A stretch of 64,000 nt of DNA from Spirochaetia bacterium (lineage in GTDB: Bacteria; Spirochaetota; Spirochaetia; SZUA-6; Bin103): NCBI GenBank assembly GCA_965203055.1, contig OZ241863.1, positions 2,752,001 through 2,816,000 on the forward strand, read 5' to 3'. The position numbers were made by a program, and so were the translations under genes. Positions 39,779 through 48,718 of this stretch are shown here, in pieces. Each line of letters opens with the position of its first letter. The stretch's first letter is position 1. Under the pieces are notes generated by a model. That model was not told where the DNA came from. It was given only the letters and a program-made list of their open reading frames with translations, and did no database searches.

Positions 39779-41122
39779 TCACCGGTCTACCGGAGCCTGA
39801 TCCTCGCCGGGGCGCCCGTATCCGGCACCGACGTGGCGGTAACGGTGATGGGCGGCGCACAGCAGGCGGAGATTGTTCGGCTCGGCGCCGCCGCCGCGGG
39901 CATACGGCACGACGTGATCGATCTGCAGCAGGTGCTGCGAGCCGCAGCGGCGCCCGCTGGTGCGGTCCACGTAGCGGCAGCGGCCCCGGTCGCGCCGCCA
40001 GACCTCGCGCTTGACCGCCGCCGGGATGGCGCGGCCGGTCACGCCCGGCTTCGCTGCCGAAGTCCGGGTCCGCGGCGGCGCAGCCGGCTGCGCGCACGCC
40101 GCAGCCTGCCGGTCGAGGCGCCGCGTCTTCGGCGCCGAAGTGGCGTCGCCCGCCGGCTTCGCTGCCGAAGTGTCCGGGCGGTCAGCGGCTTCGTCTCCCG
40201 GCTGCGCCGCCGCCTGAGTCGATACCTTCGCCGCCGAAGGATCGGCGCTGTCCGCGCTCGCCTCCTGCTTCGCTGCTGGGGCAGCGAAGCGAGCCGAGGC
40301 CGCCTGCGTCTTCGGCGCCGAAGTCTGCTCGGCTCCTTTGGCCGGCGCGGCGCGCCGCCCGCGCGGCGGCCGGGCCGGGTCGTGGCGGTCGAGCCCTTCC
40401 CGCACCAGCCCCAGGAGCTGCCCCATCGTCAGGTGCGGGTCGACGTGGGACAGGAGGCCCTGGAGCCGCTCCAAGCCCCGCCGGCACTCATCGTCGATCA
40501 CCGCCTTGAGCTCCCAGCGCCCGCTGCCCAGCGGCCGCACCCGATCCGCCGGCGCCGCCAGCTCCGGGTCCACCTCGGCCAGCAACTGCATCACCTCCCG
40601 GCTGCTCTTGCCGGACGCCTGCTCCACCAGCTCCCGCCGAGCCTCGGAGTCCAGCACCGGCGCCGGCTTCCGCTCCGCCGGCCGCGGCGGCGCCGAGCCC
40701 TCCTGCGATTGCGCGGCTGCCCCGAACCCGGTCCCGCCCGGCGCGCGCCGCGCCGCGCGTTCCTTCTTGCGCTCCTGCCGGTCGAAGGCATGCTGCAACT
40801 GCGCGGCCGCGTTCAGCGTCATCGAGCCATTCTGCAGGCGCTCCCGCACGCCCTCGACGTCCGCGCAGAGCCGCATCGCCTTGATACGCCGCCACGCTGC
40901 GGCGTCGCTGTAGCCCAGCTCGCGCACCGCGTAATCGAACAGGCTGGAGAACCCGCGGCGCAGGTACAGACGGCGCTTATGAATCTCGCGCAGGTGGTCG
41001 ATCACGACGACTTCGAGATGGTGTTCGATGCCGGAAAGTTCCTTGGTCCGCTCCAGCAAGCGGTCGTCTGAGAGGGCGGACACGGTAGTCGTGACGGCCC
41101 CGACGGAAGCATGTTTGCTCAT
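39779..41122 (-). CDS. HNH endonuclease with helical N-terminal (DUF222-like) domain and repetitive linker
   Basis: RAIPAAVKREVWRRDRGRC..C..LQIDHVVP..GG...NNLRLLCAAHH; N-terminal LYLRRGFSSLFDY motif. Confidence 0.9.
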   Translation of the reverse strand: MSKHASVGAVTTTVSALSDDRLLERTKELSGIEHHLEVVVIDHLREIHKRRLYLRRGFSSLFDYAVRELGYSDAAAWRRIKAMRLCADVEGVRERLQNGSMTLNAAAQLQHAFDRQERKKERAARRAPGGTGFGAAAQSQEGSAPPRPAERKPAPVLDSEARRELVEQASGKSSREVMQLLAEVDPELAAPADRVRPLGSGRWELKAVIDDECRRGLERLQGLLSHVDPHLTMGQLLGLVREGLDRHDPARPPRGRRAAPAKGAEQTSAPKTQAASARFAAPAAKQEASADSADPSAAKVSTQAAAQPGDEAADRPDTSAAKPAGDATSAPKTRRLDRQAAACAQPAAPPRTRTSAAKPGVTGRAIPAAVKREVWRRDRGRCRYVDRTSGRRCGSQHLLQIDHVVPYARGGGAEPNNLRLLCAAHHRYRHVGAGYGRPGEDQAPVDR

Positions 41123-41128
41123 GGCATA

Positions 41129-41157
41129 AGTATAATCATGGAAACTACTTGAGTCAA
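41129..41157 (-). promoter_or_regulatory. Near-consensus sigma70 promoter of the HNH gene (TTGACT-N17-TATACT), leaderless geometry
   Basis: -10 box ends 6 nt before the ATG; no Shine-Dalgarno sequence. Confidence 0.75.
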
Positions 41158-41514
41158 GTTATTCAGCCCGGAAGATGCCACCTGCGGGCGTGATTCGGCG
41201 GCGCATTTCCAAGCGGCTGGACGTTCCGTCATATGCTACTGCCGAGAACGTCGCCGGCGTCGAGCGGCAGGATTTCTTCTTACGGCCCCAGGCGGCCTCG
41301 TCGATCGGTACCAACAAATTGGAAGTGCGCCCTCCGCGTGACGTGGATTCGCGGCGTGGGCCAGCTCTGGAGCCGAGTTCCGGGCCGCCGAGTAGCCGGC
41401 GGCGACAGCCCCCGTTGCCCGGCGCGCAACCGCGCGCGTAGAATCCGGCAACGATGAAATCGATCTTGGCGGCGCTCGGCGTGACGCGCGTGACGCGACG
41501 GACGCGGACGTTGG

Positions 41515-41543
41515 TTGACACGCCAAGCAGTTCCGTGTACAAA
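41515..41543 (+). promoter_or_regulatory. Putative promoter TTGACA-N17-TACAAA
   Basis: Perfect -35 and 17-bp spacer; identical copy at 46772-46800. Confidence 0.6.
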
Positions 41544-41626
41544 CCGCCGACCGCCGACCGCCGACCGCCGACCGCCGACCGCCGACCGCCGACCGCCGAC
41601 CGCCGACCGCCGACCGCCGACCGCCG
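41543..41626 (+). repeat. Simple sequence repeat (ACCGCCG)12
   Basis: 84 bp of perfect heptamer, counted from the sequence. Confidence 0.95.
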
Positions 41627-43717
41627 TATGGTCGGTCTGGCTCTAGCCTATCGATAGCGGCTGCGTTTATCGCGCTCGGCGCGGCGCTGGCGTCCGCGGA
41701 CGAGACCGCGGTCCTGCGTCACGGCGCGTCGGTCAGCGAGCGCAACGCGCTGATCGTCTACGTGCGGGTAACGCTGGCGCGCGCGGCGCGGGTGTACGTG
41801 GAGTACGACCACCCGCAGGCCGGGCGCTACCGCACGCCGCTGAGCGAGCCGGGCGCGGCGCATGCCATCCCCCTCGTCAGGCTGCGCCCGGAGACGACCT
41901 ACGACTACACCATCTTCGTGGTGAACGGCTCCGTGGCCGACGGCGCAACGCTGGAAGGCGCGGATGCGGATGCGGCCGCCGGGCCGGGCGGCCGGTTCAC
42001 CACCGGATCGCTGCCGGCGCCCCTCGCCGTCATACCGATGAAGGCGCGCGGCAGGAGCTCGCAGCCGCTCATCTTGTCCGATTACCCGCGCGGGTACTAC
42101 GTCTTCTGGGACGAAGTGGGCGGAATAGTCTGGTACCAGGAAGGGTCCGGCGGCCCCATCACGCAGCTGCCGGCCGGCAACCTGATCTTCTTAGATCGGG
42201 GTCTGGTCGAGATCACCCCCCTTGGAGCAGTGGTCAACCGGTTTGAGCGGCACGGCGCCGCGGGGAATCCCCACCATGAGGTCACCCTGCTCGCCGATGG
42301 CCGCGTGATCTACCCGAGCCGGGAGTTCGTCGTCATCGACGACTCGGCGAACGGCGGGCCGGCGGAGGTCACGTTCAAGACCGACCATCTGCGCGTCTGG
42401 GACCGGGAGAGCGGACGCATCGAGCAGGTCTGGGACTCGAAGGACGCCTGGGACCTGATGGACCCGGCACTGCGCGTGAGGAGACCCGGACCCGGGGAAA
42501 TCTTTGATTGGACGCACCTCAACTCGGTGAGCATCGGTCCGCACGGCAACGTCGTCCTGTCGTTCCGCTGGCGCGATCAGGTGGTCTCACTCAGCGCCGA
42601 CTTGCGGGCGATCGAATGGCAACTGAACGGGCCGGACAGCGATTACCGGTTCCCCAACCCGAACGACCGGTTCTACGGGCAGCACACCGCGGCGCAGCTC
42701 GGCAACGGCAACGTTCTGCTGTTCGACAACGGCTGGGGGCGGCCCGCGGCGGAGGGCGGCGCCTACTCGCGCGCGCTGGAGCTGCGGCTGGACAAGGCGG
42801 CCGGCACCGCGGTGAAAGTGTGGGAATATCGGCCGACGCCGGACATCTACACGAGGGGCAAGGGCAGCGCGTACCGGCTGCGCAGCGGCAATACCCTGAT
42901 CAGCTTCCATGACACGATCGTGGAGGTGGACGCTGCCGGCAACGAAGTGTTCCGGGTCGATAACCTGCCATTGCATGCGGATTGGCCCTTGCCGGCGCGC
43001 TATCGAGCCTACGCCGGCAGCGGGGCGATCATGGGCGAAACCATGCTGCGGCCGCCGGCGGCGGCGCCCGCGCACGCGCGCGCCGCGACGTTCGATAAGG
43101 ACTACTACCTGGCCAAGGAGCGGGCGCGGTTCGAGGAGCTGGCGGCGGCCCTGGACGGCCGGCAGCGCGCCGCCGGCGGGGCGTTCGACATGTATCTGGC
43201 AGGGGACCGGCTGGTATACGCGAAGGCGCCTTGCGCTCCGCAGGATGTCCGGGCGCGCTTCTTTCTGCACGTCTTTCCGGCCGCCGAAGACGATCTGGCC
43301 GCAGACAGCCGCGAGCAGGGTTTCGACAACCTCGACTTCGATTTCTGGACGCGCGGCGTGTTCTGGGACGGCGCCTGCCTGGTGGCCGCGACCCTCCCGG
43401 ACTATGAGATCGCCCGCGTCCGTACCGGTCAGTTCATCCGCAGCGTGCGGCAGCTCTGGAGCGTGGAGTCCGCGGTCGGACCGACCGCGCGGCGCTATCG
43501 GGAAGCGCGCGCCGCGATCGTCTCCGGCGCCTGGAGAGCGCCGGTCGCGCGCGCGGCCTTCGACCTCTACCTCGACGGCCGGGTGCTGGCGTACCACAAG
43601 GAGCCGTGCGCGGCGGAGGACCTGCGAGAGCGGTTCTTCCTGCATGTGGTGCCGGCGGCCGTGGAGGACCTTGCCGCGCACTGTCCAGCGACAATCAAGA
43701 TGAGAATGCGCGGGTAG
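41627..43717 (+). CDS. Arylsulfate sulfotransferase (ASST)-like secreted protein; one full and one truncated FDLYLDG domain; true start uncertain
   Basis: PHHE, THLNSV, FYGQHTA and LLFDNG motifs. The frame is open upstream of GTG 41762 through a hydrophobic signal-like stretch into the repeat. The second domain breaks off at ~43675. Confidence 0.75.
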   Translation, partial: YGRSGSSLSIAAAFIALGAALASADETAVLRHGASVSERNALIVYVRVTLARAARVYVEYDHPQAGRYRTPLSEPGAAHAIPLVRLRPETTYDYTIFVVNGSVADGATLEGADADAAAGPGGRFTTGSLPAPLAVIPMKARGRSSQPLILSDYPRGYYVFWDEVGGIVWYQEGSGGPITQLPAGNLIFLDRGLVEITPLGAVVNRFERHGAAGNPHHEVTLLADGRVIYPSREFVVIDDSANGGPAEVTFKTDHLRVWDRESGRIEQVWDSKDAWDLMDPALRVRRPGPGEIFDWTHLNSVSIGPHGNVVLSFRWRDQVVSLSADLRAIEWQLNGPDSDYRFPNPNDRFYGQHTAAQLGNGNVLLFDNGWGRPAAEGGAYSRALELRLDKAAGTAVKVWEYRPTPDIYTRGKGSAYRLRSGNTLISFHDTIVEVDAAGNEVFRVDNLPLHADWPLPARYRAYAGSGAIMGETMLRPPAAAPAHARAATFDKDYYLAKERARFEELAAALDGRQRAAGGAFDMYLAGDRLVYAKAPCAPQDVRARFFLHVFPAAEDDLAADSREQGFDNLDFDFWTRGVFWDGACLVAATLPDYEIARVRTGQFIRSVRQLWSVESAVGPTARRYREARAAIVSGAWRAPVARAAFDLYLDGRVLAYHKEPCAAEDLRERFFLHVVPAAVEDLAAHCPATIKMRMRG

Positions 43718-43842
43718 GGCGGCTGCCTCCGACAGAGGAGGATGGAGGGGCCGCCGGCGGCGGCTAGCCCGTGGCGATGATTCGGCGGCCGTCTACCGCC
43801 GTGCGTTGAAGCGCCGCAGACGGCCGGCCCGTAGTAGGGGAC

Positions 43843-44835
43843 ATGGCCATCCATCAGCCCCACGACCATCTGTTCAAGCGCGTGTTCGGCGTCCCGGCGG
43901 ACGCCGCCTCATTCCTGCAAGCCCGGCTGCCCGCGCGGCTCAGCCGCGCCCTGCACTGGCCCACGCTCAAGCGGCGCGCCGCCTCCTTCGTTGCCCCGGA
44001 CCTCCGCGGCACCGCTTCCGACCTGCTGTTCGAGATCGGTTACGCCGCACCCGGCGCCGCGCACGCCCCGCTCTGGCTCTACCTGCTGTTCGAGCACCAG
44101 TCCACCCCGGACTACTGGCTGCGCCTGCGCCTGCTGGCCTACTGCTGCCGCATCTGGGAGCACGACCGCCAAGTCCACAAGGATGCCGACTACCTGCGCC
44201 CGATCCTGCCGCTGGTGTTCTACCAGGGTCCCACCGGCTGGCAGCACTCCCCGCAGTTCGCCGACCTGTTCCCGGCCGCAACGCGGGACTGGCCGTGGCT
44301 GCCCCGGTTCGAGCACGTGCTGTTCGATCAGACTCAGATGTCGCCGGCGCAGGCGGCCGGCAGCGTCCGGGCGCGGTTGCTGCAACTGACGATGATGCAC
44401 GCCTTCAACCGCGCGGTGCGGGAGGCGCGGCAGCGGATGCGGCCGCTGCTGGACGACTTGGGGCGGGAAGGGAGCGGCGGTCAGGACGACATGGAGATGT
44501 TTATGGGGTATATCATGGAGACGGGACCTGAGGACACGCCCGAGGCGATGGGCGAGCTACTGAGCCGCACGGCGGCGGGAGGCGAGTTGATGACGAGCGG
44601 CGAGCGGCTGCGCCAGGAAGGGCGCGACGAGATGCGCGCGATTGCCGAACAGCGGCACCGCGAAGGCCGGCTCGAGGGCCAGCGCGAGGGCCGGTTGAAG
44701 ACGATCGACGGTCTCCTGCGGACCGGCGTCGACTGGTCGTTGATCGAGCGGGCGACCGGGATCGGCGAGCAGGAGTACCGCCAGCTCAGGAGCCAACCCG
44801 ACGGCGCGGCGGCGGCAGGCGGCGACCGGACCTGA
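43843..44835 (+). CDS. Rpn family nuclease (copy 3, diverged)
   Basis: PHDHLFK, SDLLF, YLLFEHQS and PILPLVFYQG motifs; REGRLEG tail. Confidence 0.92.
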   Translation: MAIHQPHDHLFKRVFGVPADAASFLQARLPARLSRALHWPTLKRRAASFVAPDLRGTASDLLFEIGYAAPGAAHAPLWLYLLFEHQSTPDYWLRLRLLAYCCRIWEHDRQVHKDADYLRPILPLVFYQGPTGWQHSPQFADLFPAATRDWPWLPRFEHVLFDQTQMSPAQAAGSVRARLLQLTMMHAFNRAVREARQRMRPLLDDLGREGSGGQDDMEMFMGYIMETGPEDTPEAMGELLSRTAAGGELMTSGERLRQEGRDEMRAIAEQRHREGRLEGQREGRLKTIDGLLRTGVDWSLIERATGIGEQEYRQLRSQPDGAAAAGGDRT

Positions 44836-45048
44836 CGACACCTTCGAGGAGCTCGGTCGCGCGGCACGGGTGTACAAGGAACCTTGCGCTCCGCAGGATG
44901 TCCGGGCGAGATTCTTCCTGGAGCGCGGAGATTGCGGCGCCCCGCCGCAGCGCGGGAGAGCCGTAAAGGCCGGCGATGAGCGGATGATAGCCGAGCGTCG
45001 TTCGGCTATCATGGCCGGACCGTGACCGCGCCGCACCGAGACGCGCCC

Positions 45049-46599
45049 GTGACGCGCAGGAAGCTGCCGATCGGCATCCAGACCTTCCGCGAGATCCGCG
45101 AGGACGACTGCTATTACGTCGACAAGACCGCCTTCATCCTCCGCTTGACGCGGGAGGGCAAGCACTACTTCCTGTCGCGCCCGCGGCGCTTCGGCAAGAG
45201 CCTGCTGCTGGACACCATCAAGGAACTGTTCGAGGGCAGCGAGGAACTGTTCCGCGGCCTGCACGTGCACGACCATTGGGAGTGGTCCAAGCGCCGCCCG
45301 GTGGTGCGCCTCGACTTCGGCGCCAGCGATTACCGCGAGCCGGCCCTGCTGGAAGCCAGCGTCATGGAGCAGCTCGCCGCCATCGAGCGGCGCGCGGGTA
45401 TCGCCGCCGAGTACCGCACCGCGCCAGGCCGGCTGGCCTACCTGCTGGAAGCGCTGCACGCCCAATCCGGGCAGCGGGCGGCGATGCTGGTCGACGAGTA
45501 CGACAAGCCGATCCTGGACGTGCTGGAACACAAGGAGGCGGCGCGCGCCAACCGCCGCTACCTGCGCGGGCTGTACGCGACCATCAAGACCTGCGACGCG
45601 CACGTCGAGTTCACGCTGCTGACCGGGGTGAGCAAGTTCTCCATGGCCAGCGCGTTATCCGGCGGCCTCAACAATCTGATCGACATCACCCTGGAACCGG
45701 TGTTCTCGGCGATCTGCGGCTACACCGAGGCCGACCTGGACACGGTGTTCGCGCCGGAGTTGCCGGGCCTGGACCGGGACGAGATCCGTGACTGGTACAA
45801 CGGCTATAGCTGGCTGGGCGAGGAGCGGGTCTACAACCCGTTCGACATTCTGCTGCTGTTCGACGAGCGGACGTTCGCGGCGCACTGGTTCGAGACCGGC
45901 ACGCCGGCGTTTCTTATCGACACGCTGATCGAACGCGGCGTCACCGCGCCGGAGCTGGACGGGATGCTGGCCGGCGGCGAGCTGCTGTCCGCGTTCGACG
46001 TGGACGAGATGGAGCCGGAGGCGCTGCTGTTCCAGACCGGCTACCTGACCATCCACAGCGCCGAGCACTCGGCGCGCGGACCGCGCTACCGGCTCGGCTA
46101 TCCCAACCGCGAAGTGCGGCTCGCTCTGAACGAACGCCTGCTGCGGGCGCTGGCGCCCGCCGCGGCCCGCCGGCTGACACAGGACACGGCATTGGAGCGG
46201 CTGCTGGCGGCGAACGACTTCGCCGGGTTGGAGCGGCTGTTCCGCGCGTTCTTCGCCGGCATCCCCTACGAGTGGCACACGCGCAACGACATCGCGCGCT
46301 ACGAGGGCTACTACGCAAGCGTCTGCTACTCCTGGTTCGCGGCGGTGGGACTGGACGTCACGGTGGAGGATTCGAGCAGCCGCGGGCGAGTCGACTTGGC
46401 GGTGCGGTACCGGGGCAACGTCTATCTGTTCGAGTTCAAGGTGGTCGAGTTGGAGCGCGAGGGCGCGGCGCTGGCGCAGTTGCAGGCGCGCGGCTACGCG
46501 GAGAAGTACCGCGCCCTGGGCGAACCGATCCACCTGCTCGGAGTGGAGTTCAGCCGCGCGACGCGCACCATCGCCGCCTTCGAGGTGGCCCGCGCCTGA
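45049..46599 (+). CDS. AAA-ATPase-like plus C-terminal PD-(D/E)XK nuclease protein (copy 1)
   Basis: KLPIGIQTF, YYVDKT, SRPRRFGKS (Walker A), VDEYDKP, GRVDL...FEFK. Alternative GTG start at 45022. Confidence 0.9.
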   Translation: MTRRKLPIGIQTFREIREDDCYYVDKTAFILRLTREGKHYFLSRPRRFGKSLLLDTIKELFEGSEELFRGLHVHDHWEWSKRRPVVRLDFGASDYREPALLEASVMEQLAAIERRAGIAAEYRTAPGRLAYLLEALHAQSGQRAAMLVDEYDKPILDVLEHKEAARANRRYLRGLYATIKTCDAHVEFTLLTGVSKFSMASALSGGLNNLIDITLEPVFSAICGYTEADLDTVFAPELPGLDRDEIRDWYNGYSWLGEERVYNPFDILLLFDERTFAAHWFETGTPAFLIDTLIERGVTAPELDGMLAGGELLSAFDVDEMEPEALLFQTGYLTIHSAEHSARGPRYRLGYPNREVRLALNERLLRALAPAAARRLTQDTALERLLAANDFAGLERLFRAFFAGIPYEWHTRNDIARYEGYYASVCYSWFAAVGLDVTVEDSSSRGRVDLAVRYRGNVYLFEFKVVELEREGAALAQLQARGYAEKYRALGEPIHLLGVEFSRATRTIAAFEVARA

Positions 46600-46798
46600 C
46601 GCCCCGCCCCAGCGTCGGCGTGCCGTTTCGACGGCGCCTGCGCGGCGGTCAGGAAACCATGAGGCTGGCGTGGCGGTTGTCCGGCGCGCAACCGCGCGCG
46701 TAGAATCCGGCAACGATGAAATCGATCTCGACGGCGCTCGGCGCGACGCGCGTGACGGACGCGGACGTTGGTTGACACGCCAAGCAGTTCCGTGTACA

Positions 46799-46822
46799 AA
46801 CCGCCGAACCGCCGAACCGCCG
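46799..46822 (+). repeat. Simple sequence repeat (AACCGCCG)3 after promoter TTGACA-N17-TACAAA (46772-46800)
   Basis: Same position as the heptamer tract in the paralogous locus at 41543. Confidence 0.85.
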
Positions 46823-46825
46823 CCG

Positions 46826-48718
46826 TATGGTCGGTCTGGCTCTAGCCTATCGCTAGCGGCTGCGTTGATCGTGTTCGGCGCGGCGCTGGCGTACGCGGAC
46901 GTGCCCGCCGTCCTGCGCCACGACGCGTCGGTCAGCGAGCGCAACGCGCTGATCGTCTACGTGCGGGTAACCCTGGCGCGCGCGGCGCGGGTGTACGTGG
47001 AGTACGACCACCCGCAGGCCGGCCGCTACCGCACGCCGCTGAGCGAGCCGGGCGCGGCGCACGCCATCCCGCTCGTCCGGCTGCGCCCGGAAACGACCTA
47101 CGACTACACCATCTTCGTAGTGGATGGCGCCGCGGTGGACGGCGCGGATGCGACCGCCGGGCCGCGCGGCCGGTTCACCACCGGACCGCTGCCGTTGCGT
47201 CTCGCCGCCATTCCGATGAAGGTGCGCGGCAGAAGCTCGCAACCGCTCATCCTGTCCGATTACCGGCGCGGGTACTACGTCTTCTGGGACGAGGTGGGCG
47301 CAGTCGTCTGGTACTACGATGCGCCCGGCGCCTGGTCGTTTCAGCCCGGCCCCATCACTCAGTTGCCCTCCGGCACCTTCCTCTTCATGAACCGCGGCAG
47401 GGGTTTGATCGAGATCACCCCATTGGGAGAGGTGGTCAACCGGTTGGAGCCGGACGGCGCAACGGGGAATCCCCACCATGAGGTGACCCTGCTCGACGAT
47501 CGGCGCGTGATCTACCCGAGCCGGGAGATCGTCGTCTTCGACGACTCGGCGAACGGCGGTCCGGCGGAGGTTGAGATCAGGGCCGACAACCTGCGCGTCT
47601 GGGACCGCGCGAGCGGACAGGTCGAGCAGGTCTGGGACTCCAAGGCAGCATGGGACCTGCCGGACCCGGCCCAGCGCGTGACAGGCCCCCGAGGCCCCTT
47701 CGGCGGGACACACCTCAACTCGGTGAGCAGCGGTCCGCGCGGCAACGTCGTCCTGTCGTTCCGCCTGCGCAATCAGGTGGTCTCGCTCAGCGCCGACTTG
47801 CGGACGATCGAATGGCAACTGAACGGGCCGGACAGCGATTACGAGTTCCCGAACCCGAACGACCGGTTCTACGGGCAGCACACGGCGGCGCAGCTCGACA
47901 ACGGCAACGTTCTGCTGTTCGACAACGGCTGGGGCCGGCCCGCGGCGGAGGGCGGCCGCTACTCGCGCGTGCTGGAGCTGCGGCTGGACGAGGCGGCCGG
48001 CACCGCGGTGAAGGTGTGGGAATATCGGCCGACGCCGGACGTCTACACGATGGGCAGAGGCAGCGCGTACCGGCTGCGCAACGACAATACCTTGATCAAC
48101 TTCAACAACAACGGTATTCATTTCGTCGTTGAGGTGGACGCCGCCGGCAACGAAGTGTTCCGGAGCGATGACCTGCCATTGCATGCGGATTGGCGCTTGC
48201 CGGCGCGCTATCGAGCTTACGGCGGCATCGGGGCGATCATGGGCGAAACCATGCTGCGGCCGCCGGCGGCGGCGCCCGCATACGCGCGCGCCGCGACGTT
48301 CGAGAAGGATTACTACCTGGCCAAGGAGCGGGCGCGGTTCGAGGAGCTGGCGGCGGCCCTGGACGGGCGGCAGCGCGCCGCCGGCGGGGCGTTCGACGTG
48401 TATCCGGCAGGCGACCGGCTGCTATACGCGAAGCAGCCCTGCGCTCCGCAGGATGTCCGGCGGACGCGCTTCTTTCTGCACGTCTTTCCGGCCGCCGAAG
48501 ACGATCTGGCCTCCGGGAGCAGGGAGCAGGGATTCGACAACCTCGACTTCGATTTCTGGACGCGCGGCGTGTTCTGGGACGGCGCCTGCCTGGTGGCCGC
48601 GACGCTCCCGGAGTATGAGATCGCCGGCCTTCGGACCGGCCAGTTCGGCGGGGATTGGAGCGTGGAGTTCCCGGTCGGACCGACCGCGCAGCGCTATCGG
48701 CAAAGCGCGCGCCCATGA
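46826..48718 (+). CDS. Arylsulfate sulfotransferase (ASST)-like protein, copy 2, one FDLYLDG-type domain; start uncertain
   Basis: Paralogue of 41627-43717 with the same motifs (ORF track 46670..48718); possible TTG start near 46865. Confidence 0.78.
   Translation, partial: YGRSGSSLSLAAALIVFGAALAYADVPAVLRHDASVSERNALIVYVRVTLARAARVYVEYDHPQAGRYRTPLSEPGAAHAIPLVRLRPETTYDYTIFVVDGAAVDGADATAGPRGRFTTGPLPLRLAAIPMKVRGRSSQPLILSDYRRGYYVFWDEVGAVVWYYDAPGAWSFQPGPITQLPSGTFLFMNRGRGLIEITPLGEVVNRLEPDGATGNPHHEVTLLDDRRVIYPSREIVVFDDSANGGPAEVEIRADNLRVWDRASGQVEQVWDSKAAWDLPDPAQRVTGPRGPFGGTHLNSVSSGPRGNVVLSFRLRNQVVSLSADLRTIEWQLNGPDSDYEFPNPNDRFYGQHTAAQLDNGNVLLFDNGWGRPAAEGGRYSRVLELRLDEAAGTAVKVWEYRPTPDVYTMGRGSAYRLRNDNTLINFNNNGIHFVVEVDAAGNEVFRSDDLPLHADWRLPARYRAYGGIGAIMGETMLRPPAAAPAYARAATFEKDYYLAKERARFEELAAALDGRQRAAGGAFDVYPAGDRLLYAKQPCAPQDVRRTRFFLHVFPAAEDDLASGSREQGFDNLDFDFWTRGVFWDGACLVAATLPEYEIAGLRTGQFGGDWSVEFPVGPTAQRYRQSARP

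Larger units (their letters stand above)
39759..41332. mobile_element. Non-autonomous ISKra4-like element carrying only an HNH nuclease gene
   Basis: Ends GGGCGCA...TGCGCCC. Exact 8-bp direct repeat TCCGCGTG at 39751-39758 and 41333-41340. Right end resembles the IRs of the IS at 55101-56623. No transposase inside. Confidence 0.8.

Noticed and set aside
5743..41332. A 35.6-kb composite transposon bounded by the near-perfect inverted 27-bp repeats at 5743 and 41332
   Set aside because: The flanks do not form a TSD (TCGTTCAG versus TCCGCGTG). The 41332 end already pairs with 39759 through an exact TSD.
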